A stretch of DNA of 64,000 nt from Tubiluchus corallicola (Eukaryota > Animalia > Priapulida). The notes under the pieces were generated by a model that was not told the DNA's origin, did no database searches, and saw nothing but the letters and a program-made list of their open reading frames with translations. Below, one piece after another: positions 51,561 through 64,000 of this stretch (its first letter is position 1; the number at the start of each line of letters is the position of its first letter). The stretch lies in NCBI GenBank assembly GCA_030141605.1, contig JAQGDQ010000001.1, positions 1,488,001 through 1,552,000 on the forward strand, given 5' to 3'. Made by a program: the position numbers and the translations under genes.

Positions 51561-53628
51561 ATGTTTAGAGCAAAGTAGAAGAAAACGGATACAGAGTATG
51601 CATACTGTAAGTTATTTCAAAGAGACACTAAAATAAAAACACCCATTTAAATCAAAATTAATAGCCTTACTTTCATGGAATTCACAAATCTTACTTTTTC
51701 ATTCCCTTAAATTCAAATACTTGCCTGTCTTACCTATAGAAAAACATATCTGTGCCTCATTCTGAATCATTCTGAGTTCAGTGGCTGCTGGAAATGTAAA
51801 AACAAGACAAGCCTGCTTCCGCTTTGCCGGGACTTTTCGTCCAACTGTTGGGGACATCAGGCGTTAATGAGAGGGTTTGGTAACCCTTCAAGGGTAAACT
51901 GCTTTTTGTGTTTTGTGTTTAGCCGTTCTATGTTAACGTTTACAACATATTAACAATAGATGGTTTCCGAGTTTATTCTTTTATTTACGATTAAAGCATT
52001 TTGGTCGGCTTTGATTCCGCTCTCTTAAAGCTGGCTTTAATGTCTCCCATCGTTTTGTTTGTGGATGTGAATTTTCAGGATGTGGCGTTCGAGCCAGGCC
52101 TCTCGCCTACTATATGGCTCTGGTTCAAACCGTCCAGGGGTTATTACAACTACCTAGGCGGCGACTACCCGACGGCAGAACAATATTATTATAATAATAA
52201 CAGCACTTTACGACAATAAAACAAACATAACGACTTGCGTGTCTTTTAAAAAGTATATGTTTACGTTGCAAAAAACAGCTACACGCTTCACACTCACTCC
52301 AAAATATTAATTTCATTTGCATGTACAGTAGTTAAAGAGAAATACAGAGTTTTAAATATACCCGGGCGCTTGTCAATTCTGATATCATTTAGCGTGTCAC
52401 GTGCAGTTGCAGCTATTAGATCACGTTGCGAGTGCATTCCAGTAGACATGTAATTTTGTCATATGACATGGACATGTAAAAATAGCATAATTTTTTTTTA
52501 AATTTGTACTCACATATTAACAGATACGTTGCACTTTCAGGACCATTACAGTGTCTAATTCTTCCTCCGTAGCACGTGCCACTCTGATATTATTAATACC
52601 AACTCTCTTTCCTGCCTAAACTTTGCTTGCTTTACTTTTGGTCACAGCTAGCTACTTGGAAATAAAGTTGCATGATTTTGAAAAAAACAGTAGACACTTA
52701 TATTTTTAAGTCAGTTGTCCGCAGTCAAACAGTTGTTAATAAAAAAATATTACTAATGAAACGCAGAGTGCACACAACTATTATTGTAGTGTGTTTTTGT
52801 TCTCTGGACCATTTAGAAGAACTACAAATTGAACTACAAATATATATTGGAAGACCTTTGTTGATCACAAACCCAAAATTGATCAGTTTGACTGATTTTA
52901 GCATTGTGCGACGTTCCGGTACTTACAGAAAAAATGAACACGTTTGTCAGAATTCAGCTAGACCATATATGCCGAGAACTTGGTGGCCATTTTGTTTTTT
53001 GCTTATTGGACGGTTGTTTAAGGCACCTTGCATCTTTTTTTGGGGTCTAATAGGAGATTTTCAGATTCAGAAGATCGATTTAATGAAAGCAAACGGCTTT
53101 TTGTTTTATAATAAATCTTTGGATGAAACAGTTAATATCATCAGTATAATATCGTCTTGAGTGGCGGCCATTTCTAAAATAAAAGTAGCAACTATAGGTC
53201 CTGCCAACTATCATGGAATAAAATAAATGTCGCAATCGCCTATTAGCATTAATTTCCTTTGAACTACTTTAATTTGTGTAGATTGTGCAAAAACTTGGCG
53301 GCTATTTTGTTTGTTTTTTTTTGCGTTTTTGGCCCTTTCCCCCAATTTTTCGAGCATGTAAACTGTGTTTTTTTCGGATTCAGCATAATTAAATTGTTAA
53401 GACTGGTAACCTTGTCTTCTTATAGGGAAAAACGCCCAGAGAGCTTTATACAAGCACCTTTTCAGGTCTATTATAAGTAAAACTTGATGTATGATCATTA
53501 CGGATATAATAAATTGCTACAATTTATATTTTTGCAAGTACAGACTTAAGCTGATATGCTGCGTTGCGTAATTTTATGTAGCATGTAAAATTCGAAATCT
53601 TCCAAACGAAAGGCGCAAGACGACCTAC

Positions 53629-53757
53629 CTCTCTTTGTCTGCAATATCCAACAGGTGGGGGTAGTGGGAGTGGCAGCGGCGGGGGCCAAGTCATGCGTCC
53701 CGTGCTTAATTCAGCTCCTGGTAACCACGGATTAAACAATTCTTGATGAGCACTCAT
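53629..53757 (-). CDS. Rbfox1: Candidate alternative first coding exon H, MSAHQELFNPWLPGAELSTGRMTWPPPLPLPLPPPVGYCRQRE
   Basis: 43 codons, GC-rich island, phase-0 donor GAG|gtaggt. Confidence 0.7.
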
Positions 53758-56634
53758 CGTTCAAAAAGTTAATGCAATCACAATCACGTCTGCACAAAAC
53801 TCAACGCAACTTATGCTTTCAGCAACAGCTGTGTGCTAAAAACAACACACGTTTACAGTTACAACAACGAAGACTATTGGCTTTCCACTTGGTGTTATTG
53901 CAAATTAAGTACCGCAAGCTGCACTTTTTCATATTAACATTTGAATACAAGAGAACAATTCGTAGTAAGTTATCGATATTACAGTAATATAGGCAGAAAG
54001 TCTAATCTGGCAAGAACAATAAAGAGTGGTTTCATGGTTATGTACACAACAAGAAGCCTAGAATCATTCGCTAGGAGTAATAGGAAACAGATTGTTAGTC
54101 TATTTTTACTTTAAGGCACTTTATGAATGCGTGCTAACAGCTGGAAACCAGTGAAAATGAGAAGCCATGGAGTGGAATGGACGGGATTAGAGTTAGTGGT
54201 TGCCACACTTCCTGATAAACACTTGGGGGCGGAAGCCTGTGAAGCCACTAACCTGAGAATAGCGTGTTATATCCTTGGATAAAATTTCTTAATTTGTTTT
54301 CTATGGACGATTTAACGACGTCTTGTAGCCTTGTTTGGCATTGAAAAATGAACCGTGACGTTATTTAACCTCTTTTGCATCCAAGAAGACGACGTTAAGA
54401 TTTTCAGGCGAAATCTTTCAGTGCAACTACCAGATTTACATACCAATCTACAATACAGAGTTTCTCAGCGGAACTATTGGCTTCATTTTGACTGACTGTC
54501 AGCTACTATTGAACGCAGGCAGTTGGCTAATGTTGGCTAATGCTCACTTATTTTAAGTTCTTCATGCTACGAGTGATTGAAATCATCGCCAATTTTAAAC
54601 TAAACTGATAGTATGTCCAAAAACAATTGTGCGGTATAACGGAAGGCCACCATACTAGTATTCAACAAAACGTAGTTCGTTATTGTGCAGCACATGTTCG
54701 CACAATACCAAAAGCATCCTGCATAAATTAAATTTTAAAAAAAACGACCAAGTCTATGTTAGTTCGGCAAAGTCATTAGGACTAGGCCTATACTTCATAC
54801 TGTGATGTCTATAAATTCGTCTATACCTCTTCCAAATTTACAATCGCCAAAAATTAACTTATATGACTGCAAATATCTTTGAATCCTGTGAAATCAAATT
54901 CATCGCGATTTTTATATTTCTGCGCATGTGCTAGTGTGCTTGTGCTGACTAACTATCAGCTATGATACGAAAACCCTAAATACTTTGCGCATTGCGATAA
55001 AGTCACTATGGAACCCTCGAAAGGCCATGTTGAGAAAAATTACTAATTCGTGACCACTTTATAATTAATCTGTGCACACAAAATAAGTCGTGGCCACGAA
55101 TTACTAATCTGTGCGCGCGGTGTACTAACTCGTGGCCACAAATTACTACTCCGTGCGCACGAGATGCTAATTCGTGTAGCGTGCCCTGTTTTCCATTTTA
55201 GCTTCCAACTCAGGCCAAGTCCAGCTGAGCTCCTACACCAGATTTCTGTCATACAAATTTCATTATTCTATGTACCATAAACTTGTGAAAGAGACTGGCG
55301 AAAAAATATACCGGCGAAAAGATACACTGGGGAAAAGATAGACTGGCAAATTGTGCACTGGTGAAACGACATGCAATCGTTCACCATACCAGTTTACCAC
55401 GTTCAAGGCCATTAACCTAGGTACGTACATGTACTTTGCAAGTTTTGCAACTTTACATGCTACAGATTTGGAGTTATTTAGTGTTATGGCTCGAACTGAC
55501 CCGAATGACCTGTGTGACTTTCTGACTGAGATCACTGTACAAGACAATTCGCGGATTTTCACATTTTGGCTCCTGTCTCAGGCCACTGAAAGAATTTCAT
55601 TTTTTTAAAACCCAGATAAAACTCTAGTAAGTCCATTTTTCACTGAAATTTGCAGATAAGCCTAATAAGTCCACGTGAGCGTCTATTTCAAACATTCACC
55701 AGGCGTGTTGCATATACGCATCCGAAGCCACTTTATAAGTGAACAATTATGTATACTGACAAGAGAAGCAATTTTTCCCAAAAGAGTTTTTCTTAAAACT
55801 CTCTGAAGTGGACTTACTAGGTATTTCAAGAAAACTGGAGACATCTGCCGTACAATACCTAAATATGATAACTTTCTCCCCATCCCATGCTCGAGAAAAA
55901 AATTAAATTCAAAGTAGTTTTGCATTTCCAAAAATGAGACTTCCATTTTTTAATCGTGGGAAATGCGTGATTGAGCAAAAATGGTCACCAAATTAAACAA
56001 TTCAGAAACGCCGCAACCAAAACAGCCTATATTCAACGGTTTAAATTATGCAAACAATAATTTCAATGCAAACAATCTTAAACAATAAGAATGGTATAAA
56101 GCTGTAAACGAATTATTATACGTACATTTTAAGCTATATGATGGACAAATAAACGCATATTTAAAAGACAACCAGAATAATTTTACCTTTGAAATGGGGT
56201 TTTACACAATATTAATAGTCCTCGTAATTCAGTTACAGCTTAGATGTGTACAAGTTATATACAATTTGTATTACTTTTACGAGTTATGCGTTATATTGTG
56301 CACAATTATAATTGTTAATACATAATATCAGCACAACAGTCAAAGATTAAGCTTTTTTGATAATTATGAAAGTTCTCAAATTTAAGGTTTCAAAGAAAAA
56401 CTCAGTTTGTTCGTTCATTCACATGCAGATAGACGAATAGACTTGATAATGTAATGTCCAACACACGTACAAAAGTATTTAGAATTAATAACCTTATTTT
56501 AATGATGCAAGTAATAATTTAAAGCTTCATAACATATTTGGGTAATATGAGGTTTGCACTGTCATTAACAGGGAACACAGATGAAATGTGTCATAATTAC
56601 ATACTACAGAACTCCGGAAAGTACACCCTATAGA

Positions 56635-57093
56635 CAGCTGCGGATTATGATTTTATGGGCCTTAGGCTTGAGCTTGGAACGGGCCTTTTAAATGTTGCTA
56701 CACTGCTGAGCTGACGTGTTTTTGTGGAGCTCTCGTCGTTTGTAAAGGATGACAAATTAAACAATTTATCACTGATGCATATTGAGTCAGATATGTTGAA
56801 AAAAATGGACTTTTCAGAAATTATAACTGACTTTGCCCCCAGAAAAATTCGGAAACTGAAATTTTGAACTTAAACTTAAACTGTGTAAGCGTGAATTGTG
56901 TAAACTTGATTTGTGTAAACCCGATTTGAAATATAGTGACTGACTTTTGAAAAAAAACTTTTTTCTATATCTTATTTTGGCGGGCCCCTTGCTCTTTTGT
57001 CAATTTATTTTTTTTCGTTTTATTTTGCCGGGCCCCTTTTGATCCCTGGCCCTAGGCTTCAGCCTATTCAGCCTATAGGGCTATCCGCTACAG
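56635..57093 (+). mobile_element. Internally deleted hAT transposon
   Basis: 8-bp TSD CCTATAGA (56627-56634, 57094-57101); imperfect TIRs CAGCTGCGGAT / ATCCGCTACAG; residual dimerisation-domain peptide DDKLNNLSLMHIESDMLKKMDFSEIITDFAPRKIRKLKF* (~56730-56867). Confidence 0.88.
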
Positions 57094-57332
57094 CCTATAG
57101 AGGAATCTAGCATTGCAAGAAGTTCTAATATAGTTTGAAAATTATACAAATCCGGCATTGTGTGCATTACATTTGCTCGGTTATGATGCACTTTTCCCGC
57201 TAAGAGACAGTCTGATTAAATGATTGTCATAAACATGAGCTGTATCGTCTAATTCATCCTAAAGTATACAGAAGAAAAATTGCATAAATAATTTAAAGAT
57301 CTTAGACAAACACTAGGTCAGTTTAGGATCAT

Positions 57333-57520
57333 AATGGCGATGACGGTGACAGATAGAATGACAATGAAATGAGAATAGTGATCGTGATGATGCAGTGGGC
57401 GACGATGGTGACGATGACCACACATTGGTTAATGGTGATGATTATGATAACGATGGCGATGATGATGACGATGATGACGACGACGACGACGACGACGATG
57501 ATGATGATGCTGATGGTGAT
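57333..57520. repeat. Degenerate (ATG/ACG)n repeat
   Basis: Directly visible. Confidence 0.9.
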
Positions 57521-57759
57521 TCACCGTGATTATGGCTTAGATAAACGAGAGTTTAATCCGAGATTAAAATAGAACTTGACTAGTTTAATTTTTTCTGCCA
57601 GAACGCCGTTTTAGTAATTGCATTATTTAATTCCATGCATGTAATTAGTAGTCCGTGCGCGAGAGATACTAATTCGTGACCACGAGTTGATAATTTTTCT
57701 CTACGTGGCTCTCCTGGAACTCCATAAGTCATCCATCCTGTCATGTGACAATAAAAATG

Positions 57760-58384
57760 ACCAGGACATTCTCTGGCAGCGGTCCTTAGCTGTAGAGCTA
57801 ATCAATTAATACGCAAATTTCGATTGAAGTAAAGAATTTTTTATTCATTTCTTACTGTACAAACTTTTACTGCATGGCTACCTGGCGCAACTACTATAAT
57901 TATAATTTGTATGCTTTAAAAGTTGCTTATAATAATGTTTTATTGCGAAAACTTTTTAATCGGGCATTTGATGCTAGTGCTAGAACACTGTGTATAAACT
58001 ATGGAATAATTTATTTTAACGTTATACATAGAAGATCTATTTATAGTCCACAGAAAAGGTTCGACAGTAATCAAAATCAATTCAGTATCTGCACATTAAA
58101 ATGTGACATCTCGTTTACATCTTCTATTAGGAAAAATTGGCGTGCAGTTTCATACTGTAATTAACTCGATTTTTGTCGTACATGTAGTATTGTTCCATTA
58201 ATTCATTATAATTGTCTAACTTTTCTTTCACTGTAATTATCTCATTTGTTCATCGTTATTAAATATTTCTTTGTAAGTTATTTAATTTTTTTGTAATTGA
58301 TTGTAAATGTGTGAATTTGTATTTTGTAAAATGAACTGTGGTTTGTAAAATGAACAGTAAAAATATTAAATCAAATCAAAATCA
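57760..58384 (+). mobile_element. LINE 3' fragment, RTE-X-like
   Basis: FISYCTNFYCMATWRNY..LKVAYNNV..RKL...DASARTL...RRSIYS...SSIRKNW resembles the RTE-X C-terminus; ends in a short (AAATC)n tail. Confidence 0.75.
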
Positions 58385-60781
58385 CCGACGACCAGCTTCT
58401 GTATAACTTAATTTCTGTAGAACCCCATTCCGCTATTGCCTTTCTCAAGTTAAATTAGAGGGGACCTCTTTTTTCTTCCTCAAACGGAATAATGTGAGGA
58501 TTCCGTGGCAGACACTTGCTCACATAGTGAGTTAAAAGCAAACGCGCAAACGTACTGATTTGTTAACTTTGCTTCCACTTGCAGATGAAATCTCGCGAGG
58601 TTAAAACATAAAAGGCAATGTTCTGTTAAACCACTTACATCTGTTCCAATTTTTCAGCTGGGATTTAAGATTACTAATGGGAAAGTTAGAATTCAGGGCA
58701 ACTTTATTAAATATTTATCTCTACCTATACCCGATGGAACTGAGAAGCATACAATCATACATGTTAAGTCTCGCTTTGGCTGTGGTTGGTAATGTAATAA
58801 AAGCTTTATCCAGAATCGTAAGTGGCTAAAAATCGTCTAAAGGATCTACAGTATTTCTCATCCAATGAACTGTAATAAAATTTTGAATTTTTGGGATATT
58901 TTAATTGTGAATTTTTTTTGCACTGACCAGTGCATTAAGAGCAAAACGTATATTACACTCAGTAAACGCGAATCTTATAAATATTGTCCAGTGAATTTTA
59001 TGCCAAGCACTTTTTGATATATGGGTGGCACCTTTCTACGAGTGTATAAACTAGGTCGTATTTGCTCCTACCATATTTAATGGAAAATTAGATAAACTTT
59101 TGCATATTATTATTATATGTTACGAAACGAGCCAAACTTGCGTCTAATTCGTCAAAATAGATTTTGTAGTTGATTTGTCTGGATTCCTAGCTCGGTATTC
59201 TACAAAAAATCTTTACAATTCGAAATTTAATTTAAAAACAAAACAAATCGTTACTCGTTAATTAACCCATTACGAGGTGATGATTTTGGTCATGGTCATT
59301 AGTCAGCTTTCATTTTGCTGTTTTCCAGTGGGCATTATATGTAGACATCAAGACAGATTTGTGAATTCATGGTGTGTATAGTGATGGCTTGAAGATAACG
59401 GTAGATTCTTATATTTGTGATAGTCATTTCGTGAATGGTAACTTAAATTTTCGCTATTTTTGTTATGTTAATCGTTATCATGTTTATTTTGTTACCTTTA
59501 ACTTAAAAAACTGGAAGTTAAACTGTAACAGCTTCGATGCAACATCTCATGACGTCAACTCCCAAGCTAAAAAACGATTCATCACGTGTGCTACCTACTC
59601 ACCAATATCAATAATGCACGCACTTTTCGGGTAGTGAGTGCAGATTATGTATATTGCGCGGCTCTAGCTAAACTGATTGGCTAATTGGTTGATCAATTGG
59701 CGGGTATCTGCGTACCAGTAGAGAAAATCAAAAGCGACAGCAGCTGAAGTTTTGAATTTCTAGTAAAATGGTAATGGTTATTGTAAAATCAGTTAAAAAG
59801 CTAAGTGATGATCAGTGCTACAGAGCTTTATGAACGAGTGACAAAACAAGGGAGAGTTTTCACGATAAGTGCTACCGAAATAAAACCTAAGATGAATTCT
59901 AGCAATCACTTAATAGATAACTGACACCATTCTCGCAAAGGCCCAAACTATTATTGCTTATGTAAAATACATTGAGCTTATTTAAACTGCAGCCTACGTC
60001 GAGACATTTTGCAGGTCGCCAAAACTTATCTCATTTGCACCGAGTAGATGGATTTTTCCAATTTCGAAGTACGAGGGTATAAATTTACTATGTTCTCAAA
60101 GCAAAATAATAGAAATTGCATTGACGATCAAATTTATCGTGAACAATTGAATGCTGTTGTTTGAAAGATAAATTTAAGTAATATAGTAATATGGCACAAA
60201 CGAATATATATAACTAGTAGTACGCATTCATTGTTAACTTATAGGCCGTTAAAGTGTCTTGTATCTTTTCAATTTTAGTATTTACTCATATATTAGTTAA
60301 TATTGCAAGAGCAACAGAAATCTTTATTGTTGTAAAATTGTGCAACGATGAATAATGAAATCAATGGTATTTTCTGTATACAAATACTAAGCGAGGTAAG
60401 CTCAGCAATAGTGTTAACGTTCTAAAAAATGAAGCTAAACGAATGCACGCTACATGTATCACCACCTACGAATTTATTTGACAGGTTATCTAATAAAAGA
60501 ATTATCGCTTCAACAGAAATATCGTGTCAGCTGATTAGTGCAACTTAATAGCATAAATTAGTGACTTCTATATGACTTGCACGTGCTTGAAAATATTGAT
60601 TTTAATTGCTGTCAGAGATTCTACAAATAAGTTTTTAACGATTTAACAACAAGTATTGAAGACAGCTGAACAAGAAAAGAAGGAAAGCAGAAAGAAAAAG
60701 AGTGGGACAAAGGAAAACACAGACAGCAATTAAATGAAAAAATGCATCAAAATGAACGAACGAGTAAAAGCGTACAAATAC

Positions 60782-60952
60782 CTCTGCGTCTGTAACAGTG
60801 GCCGCTTCCAAGTCTTTACTGTTTATGAAAAACGTCTGGGCTGCTTGACTGTTCTTCTGCGCTTCGACTTCAGGTTGCTCAATTACTAGCTGCACTATTC
60901 GAGTACTTCTAGAGATGTTTAGTGGACTATTATCCCCACATTTTGCCATCAT
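60782..60952 (-). CDS. Rbfox1: Candidate alternative first coding exon I, MMAKCGDNSPLNISRSTRIVQLVIEQPEVEAQKNSQAAQTFFINSKDLEAATVTDAE
   Basis: 57 codons, phase-0 donor GAG|gtattt, followed by a shift to T-rich intron-like sequence. Confidence 0.5.
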
Positions 60953-63054
60953 ATTTCACGCGTTTGCTGCAATAACTAACGTTGCTTCTGAGCTAATAGC
61001 GTGATTGCGAAGTAATCGTATTGTAGTCTATTAGGTCAGAATCAGACGTAAGAGAATTAGGAAGAGCACACTCTGCAAGTTCGCAACTACGGAGAGAAGT
61101 ACACGGATGCATACGTCAATAAATTGGAAGCAAAGCGCAAAGGCTGAAATTCAAGGTGTTCTCTTTAAACATGTACCGACATCCACGTATAAGTTGTTCA
61201 AATAATAGTTTATTAAATACAAAAGATGTAATGTATCATTGTGGTTATAAGCACTAAATACTGAAGTTATTTTTAAAAAAAATGCATTTGCACCGCCAAA
61301 AAGTTTCTGGGAGCTATGTAAGTTTCCCATGTAATTACCAAGTGATTGTGGCTTATCTTCATGATTATGAAAATCATGCATAATGTAGACAACATGAATG
61401 AGCTGCCTCCTAAACATATCTGTCATCATTAGTCTATTTGGCCTTAAATTTAGCAAACATTCTTTTCCCACACTGTAAAGTAGGTTTCAGGCTGCGAATT
61501 GATTACAGTTGTTTTGTTCCTTTTGTTCCTTGCTAATGCACAATTTTACTATGTGTTATAACTAATACTGTGCACATAGGAAGTTATCATTGAAATAATA
61601 ATAATAGTATCCTATAATTTTTCGATGATGTATAATAGCTTTATGACCTAATTATCACATAATAAACTACGTCACTTGCAATAGTGACGGTGGCATCACA
61701 CGACATTTTTAGAGAGTCAAATTTCTGTAAAAAATGTGTTGAAATGTAATCGCTTGTCACTTTTAGTTCGGTGAAAAATCGGTTAAGGATGAGCACAAAA
61801 ATAAAAAGCGTAAAAAACTCAAAATTCTAATGAACTGGTACATTATCATGTTTTTATCTGATCTGATACCTCCGACGAGTTATTTAGCCACTTGTTTGTA
61901 AACGGGAAGCTCACAATACGATAGTATAGATCATTGAAACTTGTACTATACGGCATCATAATCCAAGAAGCATTGTAATTCAGCTTAGAATTTTCGAGAC
62001 AGCCAACCATAATGTTTTCAGGTAATATTTTAATATCTGTTTATAATAAACATACTAATGCAGATACAAAGTTTCGCTTCCACTGGTGTGAGTAGTAAGT
62101 ATAGTAAAAACTGTTATTACATTAGTCTATAAAATACCAGTGCTAATATCAATAAATGTTAAAGGTAGCTAGTGTTAAACGAAACATCCACTGGTAAAGG
62201 CAAATGCGTCACTAAATTAGCTTAATTTAAATTAGCTTATTAACGCGTATAATACGCTTGCTGCCAGCATATTTTTTGTTCACGAATATTAAGAACTGGG
62301 TTTCTAAAATGAGAATCTTCCAAGATTGTCTTGAATCAATAACTGCTTCTTGTTAATTTGTGGTGTTATTTGAGATGCATTTTTTTTTATTTTAGCATGG
62401 CAGTTGTAATATTCTACGTACGAACACTTCTTTCTAGATTGATATTTAACAACACCGATTAACCAAATTTATCATGATGACCTAGATTAACTAAATTTGT
62501 CATAACTGAAGTGCACTGAGATGTTTGTGGAAAAAATGAACAAAGTATTACGTTCCTTCGTTCATTTATTGTTCATTCATTACTTTGCTCTTTCATCTGT
62601 TGGTTTCATGCACTTGTTTATTCGTTTGAAAAATTGTTCGTTCGTTTGTTTATTCATTTTTCTGCCAATTCGTCTAAATTTCGTCCAAAATAAGTGTACA
62701 GAAGTTAAAAATGAAAAAGTGTATTACTGGTCAAAGAATTTTTCAACACCAAATTTACGTGATGAAAAACACTTATTATACATTCCAAAACAGAAGGACG
62801 GACAAATATAGAAATTATGTTATATAAGAAAAGCAGGGGTTTGCAGGGGTTTCTTGAGAATGCTGCAACACCGAGATTTTCATCGTAGGTTTTGATTTTT
62901 GTGACCTGTCACCTTGAATAAATATGCAAAATTTTTATGCACGTACAGCACTTAGTTCAAAATTCAGTACGCACTACAGCAGTGACTGGGAACCGAGGTC
63001 GTATGCCCACACATTTATTGTTCGTTAATTAAGATCCCTAAATCTATGTGTTGA

Positions 63055-63702
63055 ATGCAGTATAAAGGCCGCAGAAAATGTCACACTGCAATCTTGATTT
63101 ACGCTTTGACAGGAATCGCAATTGGCTGTGAAGGACTAGTAAATGATGACGAGACAGAAGCCACAGACTTTCACATACACTGCACAATGGACGTTAAAGA
63201 GTTAAAAAAATTGCTAAAGCTGACAGGATCAGAGAAAAAAGCTGAACGAAAGGTTGACATATTGTACCAGCAAACCGATTCACCGTTCAGTACTGCAATA
63301 ACAACACCGCTTTACAACCCACCTTTGGAGAGTAGTGCAGTAGAAGTGACTGCTGAGAGATCTGTTCGAAAAATGCGATCATTTTCAAGAATTCATTTGT
63401 TGTGTTGTGAACATCCAACGCTGTTTTATGAACATTGTACATGTTTCAATACCGCGGAATCTAACACTGGCCAACTTTATAGACACGTTTGTCTTATCAA
63501 CCACGATGCTGACAGAGCTGCCATATTGCAGTGCTCTAAGGCTGACCCTATTTCTGGAAATCCCATCAGAGTGCTATCACCGTTTGATGATGCATACAAA
63601 AGACATGAATATCTCAAATATAGGCGGTACACTTGCAATAAGAATATTATTAAGCACTTTTGTGAAAAGCATTCAGCACAGTCAACAAAGTCGCCGAGAT
63701 AA
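63055..63702 (+). CDS. Uncharacterised 215-aa Cys-rich ORF with an N-terminal hydrophobic stretch, on the strand opposite to Rbfox
   Basis: Longest non-repetitive ORF in the window; AILIYALTGIAIG hydrophobic segment; 8 Cys in the C-terminal half; AATAAA overlapping the end of the stop codon. No family recognised. Confidence 0.5.
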   Translation: MQYKGRRKCHTAILIYALTGIAIGCEGLVNDDETEATDFHIHCTMDVKELKKLLKLTGSEKKAERKVDILYQQTDSPFSTAITTPLYNPPLESSAVEVTAERSVRKMRSFSRIHLLCCEHPTLFYEHCTCFNTAESNTGQLYRHVCLINHDADRAAILQCSKADPISGNPIRVLSPFDDAYKRHEYLKYRRYTCNKNIIKHFCEKHSAQSTKSPR

Positions 63703-64000
63703 ATAAAGGTTTAACTTGGATTCGCTAAAATTATCATTGTTTCATAAACTATTATCCATCATAATTATTAGAATCCCTTACAAAATTGCGTTTATTTGAG
63801 GCGTGTACAGGCTTTCCAATGCTGAATTGTGTTTCTCACATAACAGAGTGTACTATATTTGTTTTATTATGCATTTATTGTGTACATAACTGGTACATTT
63901 ATCACAATTATTATTATATATATATAACTACTTGTGTACAGTTTCAATTTTTTGAGTTTCCACTTTATAGTGACGCAGTATCTTTAAAAATTTCAATTTC

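Larger units (their letters stand above)
55007..57726. mobile_element. ~2.7-kb IS3EU-like non-autonomous element containing insertions
   Basis: Imperfect ~36-bp TIRs (tatggaaccctcgaaaggccatgttgagaaaaatta / taatttttctctacgtggctctcctggaactccata); subterminal tcgtg(g/a)ccacga repeats at both ends; TSD AGTCAC/AGTCAT. Confidence 0.7.

Noticed and set aside
52672-53160. 162-aa plus-strand ORF
   Set aside because: No recognisable motif; lies in repeat-like sequence with ggccatttt motifs; length is plausible by chance.
55040-55180. Regularly spaced ~21-bp tcgtggccac/gtgcgcac repeats as a possible CRISPR-like array
   Set aside because: Eukaryotic context and no unique spacers; these are subterminal repeats of the IS3EU-like element.

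Overview
AT-rich eukaryotic genomic DNA from an invertebrate animal; the species cannot be determined from sequence alone. The window is dominated by one large minus-strand gene encoding an RBFOX/Fox-1 family splicing regulator. Ten constant coding exons (18389 down to 780) splice in frame through GT-AG junctions. The product has the diagnostic RRM ([23 protein letters not shown]|QFGTILDVEIIFNERGSK|GFGFVTF...GRKIE|VNNATARV), an Ala/Tyr-rich C-terminal domain and the terminal RFAPY* motif. Across about 41 kb upstream lie at least nine mutually dissimilar ATG-initiated short ORFs. Each ends at a phase-0 splice donor compatible with the shared phase-0 acceptor at 18389, suggesting a tandem array of alternative first exons giving variable N-termini. 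The 93-nt RRM exon is bracketed by UGCAUG motifs, consistent with autoregulation, and several candidate microexons, poison exons and alternative splice sites are visible. A 215-codon Cys-rich ORF of unknown family lies on the opposite strand at 63055-63702. Introns contain microsatellites, LINE 3' fragments, an Academ-like relic and IS3EU-type elements with 6-bp TSDs, one of which contains a nested hAT element. All exon models are manual inferences without transcript data.
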